Shown piece by piece: positions 53,505 through 63,639 of a stretch of 64,000 bases of DNA. The stretch's first letter is position 1, and each line of letters opens with the position of its first letter. Made by a program: the position numbers and the translations under genes. The stretch is from Candidatus Binatia bacterium (GTDB lineage Bacteria > Desulfobacterota > Binatia > UBA9968), in the NCBI GenBank assembly GCA_036004365.1, contig DASYRN010000045.1, positions 7,637-71,636 of the forward strand, read 5' to 3'. A model generated the notes under the pieces. The model was not told the DNA's origin and ran no database searches. It worked only from the letters and a program-made list of their open reading frames with translations.

Positions 53505-54440
53505 GTGAAAGGAAGAGGAAGATATTTGGCTGTCGTTCATTCAGTCCATCTAAGCTGTCTTGCTTTTGCGAGCTTCTTCGCATTAGTTCCAGTTTTAGCT
53601 TCCCAGGCTCAGATGGATCCGATTCCAACGGAGGAAAACCGCATGCGAGAGCTGGTTGATGACCTAAAAGATCTCATCCAGAAGGCGGACGGAGACGACA
53701 GATCAGAGCCTGGGTTGCTTCGGCAGCTCCGCGACCTCGTGGGCCGTTACGATTGGCCGTGGAGAGTGTTGCTCTTACGCGAGGATTTTCGCGATGGCGA
53801 TTATACTTACGATCCGCCATGGATCGTGAACCACGGGGAGTTCCGGGTCGTGAACGGATCCGGACTTAAAACTGTCTTTCACCCAGTACGCCAAGGCCGT
53901 TATTTAGCGGACACGAAAGGCGAAAATCCCGTGGACGTTTTGGACGAAATTTTTGGCCGCGTGAGAGAACGGGAAGAAAAAGATGATCTTCAGAGAACTT
54001 CACCATCCGCAGCCGAAATCTACACTCAGCTCGATATCAGTAACGCTTTTGCCGTGAAGGTTCAGCTTAAGCTTAGCGGATACCACGACCGGAACAATCG
54101 ACTTGAATTGGGTCCCTATCTGACTGATGAGCGCAACTCGGGATATCGGCTTGCCTATGAGTCTGGAAACGGGCCGTCTATAAGCTTGTTGCGAGTTGCG
54201 CCGGGCAGTTCGGCGGTCATTGAGATATGGGATCGAGGAGTCGACGTGGAAGACGGGAACCCGCACATCATTGAGTGGCGCCGCCGAGCTGACGGTGAAA
54301 TGGTAGTGTTTTTGGATGCCAAAGAAATCATCCGGGCCATGGACCGCGCCCCAATAGATTGGTTTGATGGCTTTAGTATTATCAATAAGGGCGGCGATTA
54401 CGAATTGACGGAAATCTCTATCTTTGGAGCCTACCGGTAA
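53505..54440 (+). CDS. secreted hypothetical protein (jelly-roll/LamG-like C-terminal half?)
   Basis: GTG at 53505 after GGAGG, with signal segment LSCLAFASFFALVPVLASQAQ. Confidence 0.5.
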   Translation: MKGRGRYLAVVHSVHLSCLAFASFFALVPVLASQAQMDPIPTEENRMRELVDDLKDLIQKADGDDRSEPGLLRQLRDLVGRYDWPWRVLLLREDFRDGDYTYDPPWIVNHGEFRVVNGSGLKTVFHPVRQGRYLADTKGENPVDVLDEIFGRVREREEKDDLQRTSPSAAEIYTQLDISNAFAVKVQLKLSGYHDRNNRLELGPYLTDERNSGYRLAYESGNGPSISLLRVAPGSSAVIEIWDRGVDVEDGNPHIIEWRRRADGEMVVFLDAKEIIRAMDRAPIDWFDGFSIINKGGDYELTEISIFGAYR

Positions 54441-54584
54441 AACAAGTCATTCTACGTCGCTGCTGCGAGATATTCTTTGTTGATACTTCTTCTTTCCAGA
54501 CACTTTTCCTCTCCAGGATTGTAAAGATATTCAGGCTGGACCAAGGCGCACGGCGGACTCTGCTGTCCAGAGTTTTCGATGGTG

Positions 54585-55511
54585 TCAGGAGCGCCAAAGG
54601 TTGCGGAACCGGACAGCCACCACTTGGTCGTAGGGCACCGGGCCGGGCAGCAGGCCGGCGGATTGGGCGAATCGGTTGAGCCCAGCGATGGCCTCTTCGG
54701 AGATGACGGGATCGTAGAAGGGCAAGTCCCGGTCGACGATCGGTGCAATTAGCTCCGCAGCCTCCGGAGGAAAGCGGCGCCGCCCCACCTCTGCGGCCTG
54801 CGCTGGTTCTGCCCGGAGGGCTCGTTGAGTTTTCACGATGGCTCGGACAGCTGCCGCGGCGCGCTCCGGGTCCCGCGCGATCAGCGTCTCAGTCGTGGCG
54901 AGCGCAGCAAACGTGAAGTGGCGGACTTCGGCTGGGTCATCGCCGCGCCGCACATCGAGGAGGATCTTGCCCACACCCCGCCGGACCGCGGCCTCGCTAC
55001 CCATCGCGTTGGCCCAGAAGCCATCGATCTGGCCCGCCTCCAGAGCGCGGGCCGCGAACACGCCAAAGGAGACATCGCGCGCCCGGGAGCCCGGCAGCTC
55101 CACGATCTGCAGCTCTAGGTCCGGATCGATTCCGGCATCGATCAGCATCTGTCGTAGCGCCAGGTCGGGTCCCTCCGCCGCCGTGAGCCGAAGCCCCTTC
55201 AACGCCCGAATGTCGCCGCGCTTTGCGGGGAGATCGGCACGGACGACGAGAAGCCAGGGGGTCCCTTGGGAGAGGGCCACGATCAGCTTCGCCCCTTGCC
55301 AGCGGGGAAACGCCGTCAAGAGGTCATGCACCGAACCGGCGACCATGGCATCTGCGGCGCCGTCCCGCAGCGCTTTAGTCGCCCCAAGCATGGGGAAGAG
55401 TTCCACATGGGCATCCAGACCCTCGGCACTGTAGAAGCCTAGCTCCTCAGCGGCGAGCGCGGGGAAACAGGTATTGCTGACGAGGTCGACCGCTGCGATG
55501 CGCATGTGCAC
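54585..55511 (-). CDS. NMT1/SsuA-like substrate-binding-fold protein without obvious signal peptide
   Basis: 308 aa. Locally higher GC. Text ...LRLTAAEGPDLALRQMLIDAGIDPD.. resembles nitrate/sulfonate/bicarbonate-type SBPs. Confidence 0.6.
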   Translation of the reverse strand: MHMRIAAVDLVSNTCFPALAAEELGFYSAEGLDAHVELFPMLGATKALRDGAADAMVAGSVHDLLTAFPRWQGAKLIVALSQGTPWLLVVRADLPAKRGDIRALKGLRLTAAEGPDLALRQMLIDAGIDPDLELQIVELPGSRARDVSFGVFAARALEAGQIDGFWANAMGSEAAVRRGVGKILLDVRRGDDPAEVRHFTFAALATTETLIARDPERAAAAVRAIVKTQRALRAEPAQAAEVGRRRFPPEAAELIAPIVDRDLPFYDPVISEEAIAGLNRFAQSAGLLPGPVPYDQVVAVRFRNLWRS

Positions 55512-55547
55512 GGCACCACTACTCCTGAACTTCTTTGTTCGTAAGAT

Positions 55548-55946
55548 TTACCTCGCCGGCGCGTAAAGCTGCAGCAGGTTGCCTTCGGTGTCGAAGAAGT
55601 AAAAACCGCTGGCCCCGCCCCGATCGACCCGCTCCCTGGCATGGAGCTTTACGCCCCACTCCTTTATTTTCTGGGCCGCCAGCTCAAAATCTTCCCGCTC
55701 GATCTCGAAGGCCTGGTGCGTCGCGCCATCCTCTTCAATGGCATTTTTCTTGGCAAGATGCGGCCGCTCAAAAAGAACGATGAGATCGTCACCGGATCTG
55801 AGCTCGGTGCGCGCCAGGATTTTTCCCATGTCGTCCTTTCCGGTTTTGGATACCTTCATTCCAAGGACTTCGGTGTAGAACTTCACTGCCCGGTCCATAT
55901 CATCGACCGGTATCCCCATGTGATGAATTCCTTTGGTTCTGATCAT
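55548..55946 (-). CDS. VOC (glyoxalase) family protein
   Basis: 132 aa. IHHMGIPVDDMDRAVKFYTEVLGMKV. Confidence 0.8.
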   Translation of the reverse strand: MIRTKGIHHMGIPVDDMDRAVKFYTEVLGMKVSKTGKDDMGKILARTELRSGDDLIVLFERPHLAKKNAIEEDGATHQAFEIEREDFELAAQKIKEWGVKLHARERVDRGGASGFYFFDTEGNLLQLYAPAR

Positions 55947-56368
55947 CCCTAACCTCCTTTGAGCGCCTTTGGCCGGTCAGCGGATTTCGAGGATAACGCA
56001 TGCGCCGAAATATCTCACGATGCGCATCAGTGTTTTTTTCGTAAGTGCCAGGACTTCCAATGTTAGCTTCTAATAGCCGAGACTGAAGTATCACACGATG
56101 GTTTTGCGATCAACCGTTACGCTCCGTCACAATGTATTTCCGCGGCCTTGAGAATCCAGAGCAGCCGTAACGTAGACTGGTTCTCTTCTCTTAGGTGGTG
56201 GCTAACCATCCAATAGAGTGTATGCAAAAGCCTGCATTACACCTTAATATTTGGCAGTATAATCTGCAGTTCGCGCCTCTCGAAATCCTCAGATCGCATG
56301 TAACTCGGTATCAAAAAGAAAGATTCAATTCTGGCATGTAATTTGTTTCTCCCCCGGATGGTCCGCCC

Positions 56369-57199
56369 ATGAAGCCTGCTAGACTCACCCTTGTTGGCGT
56401 AACCGGACTTATCCTCCTTTGCGCTACGGTGCTCGCCGGAGCCCAAACTAGGAATAAACAAGCAAAAACTAGCTACGGCAGCTCGCCGCGGCTCGGATCC
56501 TCGGAGAAGACCCTTTTAGAGAAGCGAAAAGAACTCATCGAAAGAAAGAAGGCCTCAAGGGACGGTCTGGGAAATCTCCTCCAGGTCTATGAAAAAAAAT
56601 TGGAGCGCCAGTCCGCCGATTATGAGACGAAGAAGGAATTGTATCAGAGCGACTTGATTTCAAAGGCGGAACTTGAGGAGAGCAGGCGCGCTATGACTCA
56701 TACTCGCCTCGAGATCCAACAAGTCCAGCAATGGATCGCGGAAGATGATGTCGCGCTCTTACTGTCAGAGCTCGCGGCGCAGGGAAAGCTGGAGCGCCTT
56801 CCCTTAGGAGGGTACCATGAAACCGCGACCTTCATTCGCTACAACGGCGCCGCGGATTGGTCGCTCGCCAATACAGGAAAGATCAAAGAGTTCTTCTTGA
56901 AGCGGTTTGGCCGGCCGCTCCCTGTAAGCGCCATGGGCCAGTCCTCGACTCACGACGACATGGGCTTTGATCATCGAGATGCCATTGATGTCGCGGTGCG
57001 TCCAGATAGCGAAGAAGGGCGTGGGCTCATGGCATACTTGCGGAAGGCCGGCATCCCATTCATCGCTTTTCGGAACAAGGTGCGCGGCATGGCCACGGGA
57101 GCGCATATTCACATAGGTAGGCCGTCGCTGAGAATTGCGCAGGTGAAGCAGGGGTTGACGCACCCGGCCTTGCTACAGAAAGCCGGAGACGAGAGCTGA
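56369..57199 (+). CDS. secreted protein with coiled-coil region and C-terminal possible LAS-type metallopeptidase-like motif
   Basis: Signal peptide MKPARLTLVGVTGLILLCATVLAGA. DHRDAIDV ... GAHIHIG resembles H-x(n)-D / H-x-H zinc ligands (weak). Confidence 0.45.
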   Translation: MKPARLTLVGVTGLILLCATVLAGAQTRNKQAKTSYGSSPRLGSSEKTLLEKRKELIERKKASRDGLGNLLQVYEKKLERQSADYETKKELYQSDLISKAELEESRRAMTHTRLEIQQVQQWIAEDDVALLLSELAAQGKLERLPLGGYHETATFIRYNGAADWSLANTGKIKEFFLKRFGRPLPVSAMGQSSTHDDMGFDHRDAIDVAVRPDSEEGRGLMAYLRKAGIPFIAFRNKVRGMATGAHIHIGRPSLRIAQVKQGLTHPALLQKAGDES

Positions 57200-57697
57200 C
57201 CCATTTTCTATAGGCACCCCTTTCATCGGTCGTCTGCGTTCTCTCTCGAGTGATCTGGCAAGCAACAAATCCTCTTGACACGTATCCCGCGCGTTTACTA
57301 TATCCGGTAGTAGCAATAGAGCATATTTTTCTCACGCGAGATCATCACCAATCACGACGTGTAAGACCCTCGGAGGCACGGAAAGGCGTTCTCGTAGTGA
57401 GAAGCATCTGCAGGAAGTTTGCTTGCGTATGACCATGAGCTTGCGCATCCGCTTTAACGAAAACAAGCTCAAACAGAGCCTGTATCAAACGGAAGATGAC
57501 TTTGTCCCTGAGGTTAGCGGCGCGGGCTGGCCGAAGAATACTTGGTTCCAAGAACGTTTACGCCATGTCAGAGAACAGCAACGAAAGAAAATGGGAGAAC
57601 CTGATTTTGTGTATGAATGCCCGTTGGGCACCATTACACTTCGGCACTCGAATGGCGGGGATTAAGAAAGGGGAATAGTATGGCCGATGTCCCGGCT

Positions 57698-58636
57698 TTA
57701 GACCATGGGGAGCACTTCCTGTGCCAACCAGTCCAATCGTTTTAAAGTCTCTGCCGGACCAGGACTCCGGACATCGAAAATAAGGCAATTCACTCCAGCC
57801 TTTTGATAGTCTCTCACGTCGGATGCGACCTGCCCCGCGCTGCCGATGAATCTTCTTCGTCGCCCCGCCTGAGCTTCGACTTCCCGATCAAACAACGAGG
57901 CTTTGAAAGCTACGCGGATTTCGCTCGGATTCCTGCCTGCCGCTTGAGCGTACTCAGCGAGTGTTTCCAACTTTCTTTCAAGATCTGCCGGTTCCAGAGG
58001 TACGGTCGGCACGCCTCCTATGGGATGCCATCCATCCCCTAACTCAGCGGCGCGGCGCAGAGCCCGGTTGCTATGCCCTCCGATCCAAATCGGAATGTGA
58101 GGCTTTTGCGCTGGCTTCGGTAGAAATGCCAAGTCGGAAAACTTGCAATAAGTGCCCTTAAAGGTGGGATTCTCCTTTGTCCAGAGCTCCTTAAAAGCTT
58201 TAATGTATTCGTCCGTAACACGGCCACGATCCTCAAACGGAGGAGCTCCAACAAGCAGGAATTCTTCTTTCATCCATCCGACTCCCAATCCCAGAATCAC
58301 TCGGCCGCCTGAAAGGAAGTCCAGGGTTGAAAGCATCTTGGCGACAACGACAGGAGGGCGATAAGGGGCAATCATGACGCTGGCGACGAAGGAGATGCGC
58401 TGAGTGGCGCTGGCAAGAAACGCCATGACCGTCATTTGATCGAGATGATGACCTTTTCCGGGATACTTCTTGTCTACAGTATAAGGATAAGGGGAAGCGA
58501 TGTTTCTCGGGATGACGATGTGATCAGCGACGGTTACACAGAAAAAATCCAATTCCTCCGCGCGCTTAACGAAATGGATCAGATCTTCGGGTTTTACTCG
58601 GGGGTCGGACACAGCTAGGTGAAGCCCATAGTCCAT
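57698..58636 (-). CDS. LLM-class F420-dependent oxidoreductase
   Basis: 312 aa. VADHIVIP......LDQMTVMAFLASAT.RI.F..SVMI.PYRPP...AK.L.TLD.LSGGR..LG.GVGW fits the LLM family. Confidence 0.8.
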   Translation of the reverse strand: MDYGLHLAVSDPRVKPEDLIHFVKRAEELDFFCVTVADHIVIPRNIASPYPYTVDKKYPGKGHHLDQMTVMAFLASATQRISFVASVMIAPYRPPVVVAKMLSTLDFLSGGRVILGLGVGWMKEEFLLVGAPPFEDRGRVTDEYIKAFKELWTKENPTFKGTYCKFSDLAFLPKPAQKPHIPIWIGGHSNRALRRAAELGDGWHPIGGVPTVPLEPADLERKLETLAEYAQAAGRNPSEIRVAFKASLFDREVEAQAGRRRRFIGSAGQVASDVRDYQKAGVNCLIFDVRSPGPAETLKRLDWLAQEVLPMV

Positions 58637-58893
58637 CAGAAGCCTGAACCCATCTTTTCCGCAGATCGGTTGGCGGAAGAAGAGAACGTTTTCTTAGTTT
58701 CGCTATTGTCAAAACATGAAAGCTTGGACATGCATATTCCAATCATGCTCCGCGTTGTTGAGAAGCAGATCGAGGAATCCATTCTTCCACGCCCGCCACA
58801 GCTCGGAAGGACAGAGCCGTTAGGGACTATGCCACAGTGCGAAAGCTTTATGTGCGGGGAGAAGCCCAGTTGGAGAGACGCGTTCGCAAGTAC

Positions 58894-59349
58894 TTAAATG
58901 ATTCTGGCACGTCCTTTATCCCGCTGTTTGTACATGCGGACGCTGAGATCGTAGAGACCCGAGGCGCGGAGCTCTTCCTTTTTGCGCTCACGCATGCCCG
59001 TTTGGTACTCGACGCTAAGCAACGATATAGCGCCGGAGGGGACTTGCCTGGAGAGCCTTACGAACCGACCCTCTTTGCGATCGATATACTGACCGATTGC
59101 GCGCAGGGCTTGGGACAGCGTCGACAAATCAGGCGTTCTGGATGGGTCGCTCCGTTTGGCCCGGCCTTGGCGCTCCAGACGCCCTATATCTTCCGGGGTA
59201 TACCGCAGCTCGAGCGGTTCTGGCGATGCCGCAGTCTGAACGAGATAGTCTTTGCCTTCGCTCTTGATGTCGAAGTACTTTAGATTAAGCTCCTCCAGAT
59301 CCTGGCCGATAGCGCGGAGGACTTGAGCGTACCGAGGACTCTCAATCAC
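58894..59349 (-). CDS. hypothetical protein with internal duplication
   Basis: YAQVLRAIGQDLEE.. and LSQALRAIGQYIDR.. mark two repeats. Confidence 0.5.
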   Translation of the reverse strand: MIESPRYAQVLRAIGQDLEELNLKYFDIKSEGKDYLVQTAASPEPLELRYTPEDIGRLERQGRAKRSDPSRTPDLSTLSQALRAIGQYIDRKEGRFVRLSRQVPSGAISLLSVEYQTGMRERKKEELRASGLYDLSVRMYKQRDKGRARII

Positions 59350-59545
59350 AGCAATTTACTCCTATCTCTCCCGCGATAGCACGTCAATAGGGTAAACAGC
59401 CGCGTGGTTTGGTACTCTGAACTAGGCAGCCGGTTCATATGAGTCGCCAGGGCAATAGTCGATGAGGTTCCGCCCGAGTCAATGTTTCTTCTAACTATCT
59501 AGCGTTGTCAGTCTCTTCTGTTATGATTTAATAAAAGAAGGAGTC

Positions 59546-59710
59546 ATGGCAACTGAAAAGCAAAGACGAGCAGCAGGAAAAAACATCAAAAGAGCTGCCC
59601 GGGCAATAAAGCGAAAACAGACTCTTAAGAAACTCCCGAAAAAGACCCGCGTTGCTCTTGGTAAACAAGCAGCGAAGGTCGCCAGGGCGCGCCGACGACG
59701 GGCCCGCTAA
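59546..59710 (+). CDS. 54-aa Lys/Arg-rich protein (below the ORF-track cutoff)
   Basis: Strong SD AAGAAGGAG 5 nt before the ATG. Translation MATEKQRRAAGKNIKRAARAIKRKQTLKKLPKKTRVALGKQAAKVARARRRRAR. Confidence 0.45.
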   Translation: MATEKQRRAAGKNIKRAARAIKRKQTLKKLPKKTRVALGKQAAKVARARRRRAR

Positions 59711-59732
59711 AGGGTTTTTCTTCCATGCCCGA

Positions 59733-60362
59733 TCATTCTCGCATGAACGCTTGGAGGAGGAAGTGCGTCGGCAAGTAGACACAGACCGGAACGAAGGCTA
59801 ACAACAACGCCAAGTAAAGTCTCGGAGCGATCTTCTGTTGCGGCTGACCACCCAGGCCGAACACCCAATTGATATTCTCGGAAGGTTCGGTGAAGAAAAA
59901 GCAGACGAGCGAAACCGCCCAAAAGAAAATCGTCTGCGCGATCCAGGCACGCCGGTCGTATCCGAGGCGGTAGACGAGCCAAACGAGAAAGAACGGAAGC
60001 ACAAGATGAAATAGGGATAGCCCCCGCAGAAACAGCGGCTTGTCCGACTCGAACATGTACTCGGCAATTCCAATGAAACGGATACCGGTCGTCAACCGTG
60101 CCAAGAAGTCGACAATCCATACCAGCTCCAGTAAGGAGACCGAAATCGCCTGCATGCTGGCCAGCAGTCGGTTTTCCAGCCACAGCGCCAGCAGTCCGAG
60201 GAGCAGTGCCAGGTCGGAAAACCATAGGAAATTGGCGGGACCGTAGTGGCGCCAGTACGTTGGAATCAGAACACAGACAAAAACTGTGTAGAGAAGTTTC
60301 ACCGGGAGGGAAATCCCTCGGCTCGAAAGAAGCCATTGAACGGTTTCCCGCCAATCAACCAT
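59733..60362 (-). CDS. multi-pass membrane protein, unknown family
   Basis: About 6 hydrophobic helices. I prefer the start at 60362 (MVDWRET). Confidence 0.5.
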   Translation of the reverse strand: MVDWRETVQWLLSSRGISLPVKLLYTVFVCVLIPTYWRHYGPANFLWFSDLALLLGLLALWLENRLLASMQAISVSLLELVWIVDFLARLTTGIRFIGIAEYMFESDKPLFLRGLSLFHLVLPFFLVWLVYRLGYDRRAWIAQTIFFWAVSLVCFFFTEPSENINWVFGLGGQPQQKIAPRLYLALLLAFVPVCVYLPTHFLLQAFMRE

Positions 60363-60423
60363 TGCGGTTATTCCATGCCGATTCGGGCGAAAGGTCGCCG
60401 GAAAACCGACACCGAACACTTGC

Positions 60424-61914
60424 TCAGGAAAAGCTCGGCAACTTAAGAATTCTTCCTCGCTCTATTTCTTCATTCAAACCGACCTGATTCAAGATAGCCA
60501 AGTCTTCGGCGGTCATGTCGCGAGGTAAGTCGCGGGGAATTAACGCCTTGAAGGGCGCCGAGCGGGTCACGGGCTGTAAACGAATCCGGACCGGCTGCCG
60601 ATTTAGGATCTCACGATTGTCGATCTCTCCGAATCCGCGCATCGGTTGCAGAAATAGGTTTCTGAAACGATCAAACGCCTGCGGCGCAGTGTAAGCGACG
60701 AACTGGTAGACGCCCCCCCGATACTCTATGAAGTAAGTAAGCAGTCTCACGATCTGCCCGTTCTGAGTTTGAGCGTCTGCGACGGCTGCAAAAGCCGGCA
60801 ACCCGTCGGAGCGGGCCGGGCCGCTCTCAAGAACCCTCAAGCCCGGCTGAGATAGGAATTTCGAAGCCACCGCCCGCGCGGATTTCTCTCCGCTGCCGGT
60901 AAATCCAATCATGGCGCGCTGCTGATTGTCTACCATAATGACCTGCGTGGGCTGGTTGACGACTCTGAAACCTTGGGGCACGGGGAAGCGGAAGCGCAGC
61001 TCTGGGTGATAGAAAACGCTCCGCTCGACAAAGCCTTGCCGCGGATCTTCACCCAGTATGATCCCGTCGATCGCTTTATAGTAGGCTCCGCGATCCGCTT
61101 CTCTGACAGCTGTTTTTGCGCGCCAACCGGCCGCCAGCTCTTTAACGCGCGTCAGTCGGTCGCCGGGGTCAGGATGCGTCGAAAGGAAGTTGGGTAACCC
61201 TTGCCCTTCTTTCTCGGTTATTCGCGAAAGCGCACGAAAGAAGCCCACCACGTCCTCCGCCTGATAGCCGGCCAGCGAACTGTATTCGACACTGAGTCGA
61301 TCAGCATCCAATTCATCTTCACGGCTATAGCGCAGGAAGATCATTTGCGCTGCCATGCTGCCAAGGTTCAGCATCTGTTCCGCAGGCAGCCCCAGGACTT
61401 GCTGGCCGAGAATCGCACCGCCGAGAAGGAGACCTTGACCCAGCTGTTGCTGCCAGGCGCGTCGCGCTGCGTGGCGCGCGGCAATGTGGCCGATCTCGTG
61501 ACCTAACACGGCCGCGAGTTGGTCCTCGCTGTTTAAGTGAGCGAGCAATCCTCGAGTGACGTAGATATAGCCTCCCGGAAGAGCCATGGCATTGACGGTC
61601 GGACTATCGAGTACGCGGAACGTGATCGGTGTATTGCGAATTTCCTGATCCATTTCAGGACGTCGAAGATGGCTTTTTGCCAGTACCCGCTGTCCTACCT
61701 CCTGCACGTACCGTTCCAGTTTTGGATCCTCGTAAATACCAAAGAGTGTCGCAATCTCTTTGTTGGCCTGCTTACCTATCTCAAGCTCCTTTTCCCAGCT
61801 AAAGCCGACAAAGCGTTTCTCTCCTGTCGCCGGGATGATCCCCCTCGTGCAAGCCCAGGCTAGCGCCGCGCTTAAAGGCACGATGAAGAGCCACGCTTTG
61901 AAACGTGACCGCAT
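60424..61914 (-). CDS. M48-family zinc metalloprotease (BepA/YfgC-like N-terminal half) with C-terminal extension
   Basis: 496 aa with a signal/lipobox-like N-terminus. HEIGHIAARH plus a downstream E...DxxG region. Confidence 0.85.
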   Translation of the reverse strand: MRSRFKAWLFIVPLSAALAWACTRGIIPATGEKRFVGFSWEKELEIGKQANKEIATLFGIYEDPKLERYVQEVGQRVLAKSHLRRPEMDQEIRNTPITFRVLDSPTVNAMALPGGYIYVTRGLLAHLNSEDQLAAVLGHEIGHIAARHAARRAWQQQLGQGLLLGGAILGQQVLGLPAEQMLNLGSMAAQMIFLRYSREDELDADRLSVEYSSLAGYQAEDVVGFFRALSRITEKEGQGLPNFLSTHPDPGDRLTRVKELAAGWRAKTAVREADRGAYYKAIDGIILGEDPRQGFVERSVFYHPELRFRFPVPQGFRVVNQPTQVIMVDNQQRAMIGFTGSGEKSARAVASKFLSQPGLRVLESGPARSDGLPAFAAVADAQTQNGQIVRLLTYFIEYRGGVYQFVAYTAPQAFDRFRNLFLQPMRGFGEIDNREILNRQPVRIRLQPVTRSAPFKALIPRDLPRDMTAEDLAILNQVGLNEEIERGRILKLPSFS

Positions 61915-61939
61915 TACCCCTCCGATCGACAGCCAGAAA

Positions 61940-62677
61940 CTATTTTTCTCGCCATACTCTCAGCCCATCCAGCCTTGTTTCCGCATGTCCCAGGCCGCCT
62001 GTATAGTTGGCGTAGACCCCGATATAGCCTGAGCCGATGCGTTCGAGCCGGAAGGGACCCCCAGGGAGCAGGATAGAGTCCCAGTAAACTTCCGCTTCGT
62101 CATTCTTGACTTCAATAGCCACACGGTGCCAACCGCTCTGCGCCGGTCGGCCCCCGGGTAGCTCAGCAGACTTCCACTGGACCAGGTGGATCGGGAAATT
62201 ATTCGAGTCTTTACCTACGTAGGCGAGGCTTAAGAAAGAATCTTTGGCAAAATGGGTCGCCAGTCGATAGAATCGGTTAGCCGCCGGCTCGACTCTGAAC
62301 GCGATGCCGTTAAGTGGCCCTTTCTCTTCGTTGACGAGCTGGACGTAGAGCCACGCTTCCAGATAGAAATCAGAAATCGCCCGGGTGTTTGCATAGGAGA
62401 GGGCGGCGAACCCGCCGACGCTCTTATTGTCCAAAACGCCGACTCCAGGGTCACCTTCGGGTGACGTGGGATCGATGGCCCCTCTAAGATTGTCGTGATT
62501 GAAGTGAGGATGCGGAACCCATTCGAGCTGGGGCTTTCCCCCTGTAAAACTGTCACTGATTAGCAGTTCACCGGCTCGCTCCATGGCGATAACATGAGAG
62601 GTCGGCGGGAAATTCAAAGCCGCGAGAAGCGGTAAGCCGATTGAAGCAAGTCGCCACACTGAGATCAAGGCTCCCAC
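61940..62677 (-). CDS. secreted hypothetical protein (concanavalin/LamG-like fold suspected)
   Basis: Signal segment. GWHRVAIEVKNDEAEVYWD is typical of jelly-roll lectin-like domains. Confidence 0.45.
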   Translation of the reverse strand: MGALISVWRLASIGLPLLAALNFPPTSHVIAMERAGELLISDSFTGGKPQLEWVPHPHFNHDNLRGAIDPTSPEGDPGVGVLDNKSVGGFAALSYANTRAISDFYLEAWLYVQLVNEEKGPLNGIAFRVEPAANRFYRLATHFAKDSFLSLAYVGKDSNNFPIHLVQWKSAELPGGRPAQSGWHRVAIEVKNDEAEVYWDSILLPGGPFRLERIGSGYIGVYANYTGGLGHAETRLDGLRVWREK

Positions 62678-62725
62678 TCCGAAAGTCGAAAAGCAAAACT
62701 ATTTGCCGAGACTAGGAAAGTCTTA

Positions 62726-63103
62726 CTAGGATTTCTCTTGCTCCTCTTGAATTAACTTAAGGGTTTTCTTACGTAGTTCAACATCATCCTTCACGCTATT
62801 GAATATCCTGACATAAGCTTCACGGGTGAGCCCTTGATCTTCGACAGCCTTTTCCATTTTCACTGTCGCTTCCCGCTGAATATTCTGCAGTTGTTCCGGG
62901 TCCCGGGCGTTTCGCAGAGAGGGTTCATAGGCTAATCTTATTTTGTCGACTTCTACGTACGCCTTAGCAAACGCTTTGAGATCCTGGTCACTAACATTAG
63001 CCTTCTCCTGTAGCTCTTGCGCTAGGATTAGGGAACTGAATCCTAGTCCAATCAGGCTGACAGCCAGGGATAGCATGAAAGTATTTCTCAATGATTTTTG
63101 CAT
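62726..63103 (-). CDS. DUF4168-like secreted protein
   Basis: ATG at 63103 after GAGGAGG. VSDQDLKAFAKAYVEVDKI...EDQGLTREAYVRIFNSVKDD. Confidence 0.6.
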   Translation of the reverse strand: MQKSLRNTFMLSLAVSLIGLGFSSLILAQELQEKANVSDQDLKAFAKAYVEVDKIRLAYEPSLRNARDPEQLQNIQREATVKMEKAVEDQGLTREAYVRIFNSVKDDVELRKKTLKLIQEEQEKS

Positions 63104-63204
63104 TCTATAACCTCCTCTTGTATGCAGCGGTTGGAACCCATTTGAAGCCAACTGCGCGGCCTTGAATTTTATTTCTCTGTGAGGCGATCTCGTCTTGTTC
63201 GATG

Positions 63205-63639
63205 TTACTCGGAGTCGCCCGGCTGGACGTCCAGAATCTTAACGTCGAATGTCAAGGTTTTCCCCGCTAGAGGATGATTGAGGTCCAAAACTACGCTCTC
63301 CTCTTTGATCTCATGGACACGAAAAGCAACGTCTTCTCCGTGCGGACCGCGAACACGAAGCATGGTCCCGGTTTTCAAACCTTCAGCGGGAATATGCTTT
63401 CTGGGTACTTCCTTGAAACCTTCAGGATCCACAGGCCCGTACGCGTCTTTCGGCCCGAGGCGAATATTCTTCTTCTCGCTTATCCCCATTACCGAAAGCG
63501 CCTTCTCTAAGGCGGGGATAATTTCCTCTTCGCCGTGAGTATAAGTTACGGGCGCCTCTCCTTTGTTCGATTCAATGACTGCGCCGCTTTCATCGGATAG
63601 AGTATACTCGAAACTCACGACAGAGTCCTTTTTGATCAT
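63205..63639 (-). CDS. FKBP-type peptidyl-prolyl cis-trans isomerase (SlyD-like, with insert-in-flap)
   Basis: 144 aa. VVSFEYTL.DESG.VIES......VTYTHGEEEIIPALEKAL and LNHPLAGKTLTFDVKILDV. Confidence 0.9.
   Translation of the reverse strand: MIKKDSVVSFEYTLSDESGAVIESNKGEAPVTYTHGEEEIIPALEKALSVMGISEKKNIRLGPKDAYGPVDPEGFKEVPRKHIPAEGLKTGTMLRVRGPHGEDVAFRVHEIKEESVVLDLNHPLAGKTLTFDVKILDVQPGDSE

Noticed and set aside
54838-55434. 198-aa plus-strand ORF in a locally GC-rich segment
   Set aside because: It is antisense to the NMT1/SsuA-like gene. The text is extreme in Ala/Arg/Ser/Pro.
58637-58893. Possible short minus-strand ORFs (a 36-aa ATG ORF, and a fragment reading ..ELWRAWKNGFLDLLLNNAEHDWNMHVQAFMF*) between the LLM gene and the 151-aa gene
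   Set aside because: The protein-like fragment has no start codon after an in-frame TAA. The ATG ORF lacks a convincing RBS. This may be a gene remnant, but it is not supportable.
59707-60354. 215-aa minus-strand ORF
   Set aside because: It is an alternative frame of the same strand as 59733-60362. The latter shows regular hydrophobic helices, whereas this frame is Arg/Ser/Pro-rich.
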